Below, one piece after another: positions 61,441-64,000 of a stretch of DNA of 64,000 bases (position 1 is the first letter of the stretch; each line of letters starts with the position of its first letter). This stretch comes from Camelus dromedarius (lineage: Eukaryota): positions 93,498,001-93,562,000 of the forward strand of contig NC_087437.1 in the NCBI RefSeq assembly GCF_036321535.1, given 5' to 3'. A model generated the notes under the pieces. The model was given only the letters and a program-made list of their open reading frames with translations. It did no database searches and had not been told where the DNA came from. Both the position numbers and the translations under genes were made by a program.

Positions 61441-64000
61441 AAATATTCTGATTGTCAGTGTTATTTGTCCAACATATCTATATATTTAAGCAAATTTTTC
61501 CCCAGCTACTTCTGGATGTTTATTACTGAGCATATAGGTTTATAGATTATTGTTGAAGTGGTACAACATTTTTATGTTTGTTGTCATCATTCAAAGGTAT
61601 CTATTTGGGCAAATAAATTTAAATTCAGCATTTTTCTCCCTGAAGAGATTTATCATTGGTAACTCTGGTTTCTTTACTTTTGTATATTAACTTTCTATGA
61701 CAAAAAATCAAGTTTAAAAAATGTTGTCAATACTCATATTTGGGACATATTTGGGACTTTTTGTCTGCTTTCCTCAGTCGAATCTGCTAAATTAACTTCT
61801 ACATTGATAGTTGGTTTGGTTAGGAACTTTATTCTATGTCAGATCAGAAAACAACTTCTAATTTCAGTCAGAACTCAATCATTAAATTACACCAAGTAAA
61901 GTTTTAAGCCAAAACGATAGCAGAAATGAGAAAATGCACTATAAAAGTCATTTGGAATTTTGCTATAAATCACTGAAGTTCAAATTATTTTGTGACATTA
62001 ATTTTGTTAAAAAATGTATTCATGCTATGCTATCATGGCTGCTCTGAGAGAGAACCTATCTTTTCAGGGCAATAGAAGTGCTGAAATAACAAGGGAGATG
62101 CTCTCAGTGAAGAGATAAAATCTGTGAATCATGTAGATGATCTGATTGTTAAGTCTTAAAGGGAAAGTAGTGGGCAATATGCTTCCAGGTTGAAGGGTGT
62201 TTTTAAAATATGGGTCTGACTGCGAAGACTGAAAAACCAGAAGTAGCTTTTCCTGCTTCAGTTGCAGCGGTGAAAACAGCATGAAATTTAAGCCATTGCA
62301 GGTCGACCTCCTTCACATTGAGAAAGACCCACATCTATGATCTCTGGATGTTGTGGGCTAGGCAGTTGGAGGAACGACTGCTGGATACACAGAAACAGAG
62401 GAATAAATGATGTAGTGGTCTAGTGGACTGAGGCATTTTCATAGCCCAGAAACTAGAGTTCCCCAGGTCAGTGTGCTTTCATAAAAGAGAACAGCTCAGA
62501 CTTTAAGGGAAGTGTCCAGTGTTATAGCTTCCATGATGCTGCTTAATGAACTGTTTCATGTCAATAGCTCAACATAATCCCATACCAGGAGGCAATACTA
62601 AAAATTTCTTCTCCTTACAACTTCAGTATTTTCAGTTTTCAATAATTATTATGCTCAACTTTAGCAGTCAGAGAAAAGGTATCAGTGAACACAACACATA
62701 AAAATGAAGGTATTGCTGTGACATTGGCAGGGGGTGCAGATCAAGACTTTTCTAACTCAAGTAACTGTTTCTAGGAGGTACATTTATTTCTAGAGGCATT
62801 TTTGAGGAACTGTTAGGTGATTATACAGTCCTCTCAGATACTAAAGATAAGTCCCAATGTAAAATCCTGAAAGATAAACATATACTTGATTGCTATTTCA
62901 TCAGTTCTAAATTTGTCTCTCATAAGTGTGACTTGTCCCTTGTTGGTGGCTATAGAAATTGATAAAATATGAGAAACTTTTAATTTTAATATGAAATATT
63001 CATATGGAATGATAAATATGCATGGCATGCAAATAATACCCAAATCACTGTGCTGCTGAAAAGAGGAAAAAAATCACCTTTCCTATGTTTTGATCATTCA
63101 CAATTAGCAGTTTGGTAATTATTTTCATCTAAGACCTGTGTTTGATATTCCCATAGTTATTTGTTCTTCTCATTTTATCCCCTCATTTTTACCTTTTTTG
63201 TTGATGTTATAATGGGCACAGCACTTCATTTGGTTTCCATAAACTATTTGCCGTCTTCTGTTATAATTCATTAACACATATTTTATGGATCTCATATTGC
63301 TTCCATATGACATTTGCTTAAGTGGATCACATCTCATAATTTATAATGTGTCCCTTTTGATCTATTGTCTACTAGTGTCAAACAACCTTTATAGATGGAC
63401 AGGTGAGGGATACTTGATTTACTAGATACTTGCATGTTCGCTGTCTAATTTAGCTGTATGAAATTCATATGCAGCTGAAACTTCATGAAACATATGTGAA
63501 GCACATGTGTATCTATATATGTATATATACATGAACTCTAATATTGACTTATAGTATATTATTTACCATTAATCTTCTCTGAAAAAATATGATCAGATTA
63601 TTTGAATCCTCACCTAAATACTCATAGCTACCTTGGGTCCACCACAATAGTATAGAAAGTATGTATTCAAAAGATTCACAATTTTTTATTAATAGTAGGA
63701 ATTTTATATTCAAAACATACTTTGTTTCCAACTCACTAACTATGCTGTATCTCAAGCAGCTAATATAATGATTCACACATAGTAGGGATTTCATGGATTT
63801 TTTTTTAATGAAGGGAAAAAGTGAATGACCATAGTTAAGTTGTTAGTATTATTTGAATAGCTGGATTAGTGGAGGCTCTGTTTTGTGTTCACCCAGCTTT
63901 AATTAGATACCTAAGGGCTGAATTACTTCTTCTCAGAGGGGCTATTTTATCACACCAGCTCTATGAGGGAAACTATCCAAAATCATCTAAAATGAATTAC

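Overview
AT-rich, CpG-poor mammalian genomic DNA, almost certainly camelid (alpaca/llama/camel). The main taxonomic clue is a tRNA-Ala-derived Vic-1-type SINE at 7146-7295. The window looks like a large intron or intergenic interval filled with interspersed repeats of many ages: L1, L2, CR1/L3, MIR, MaLR/ERVL/ERV1 solo LTRs and hAT/Tigger MITEs. I recognise no protein-coding gene. The only ORF-track peptides with recognisable motifs are decayed L1 ORF2, L2 RT and CR1 fragments. There are no prokaryote-type systems, CRISPR arrays, rRNA or intact tRNA genes. The most notable items are: (1) a near-full-length LF-SINE at ~3945-4390, an ancient family whose surviving mammalian copies are often exapted; (2) a 9-nt microexon candidate at 34618-34626 in repeat-free sequence; (3) a candidate minus-strand terminal coding exon at 4931-5143; (4) two local templated duplications (47721-47859/50050-50188 and 59112-59158/60354-60400); (5) a 5'-truncated mRNA 3'-UTR retrocopy nested in an L1 at ~55044-55358. 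Repeat family names come from consensus sequences recalled from memory and boundaries are approximate, so both need Dfam/RepeatMasker confirmation.
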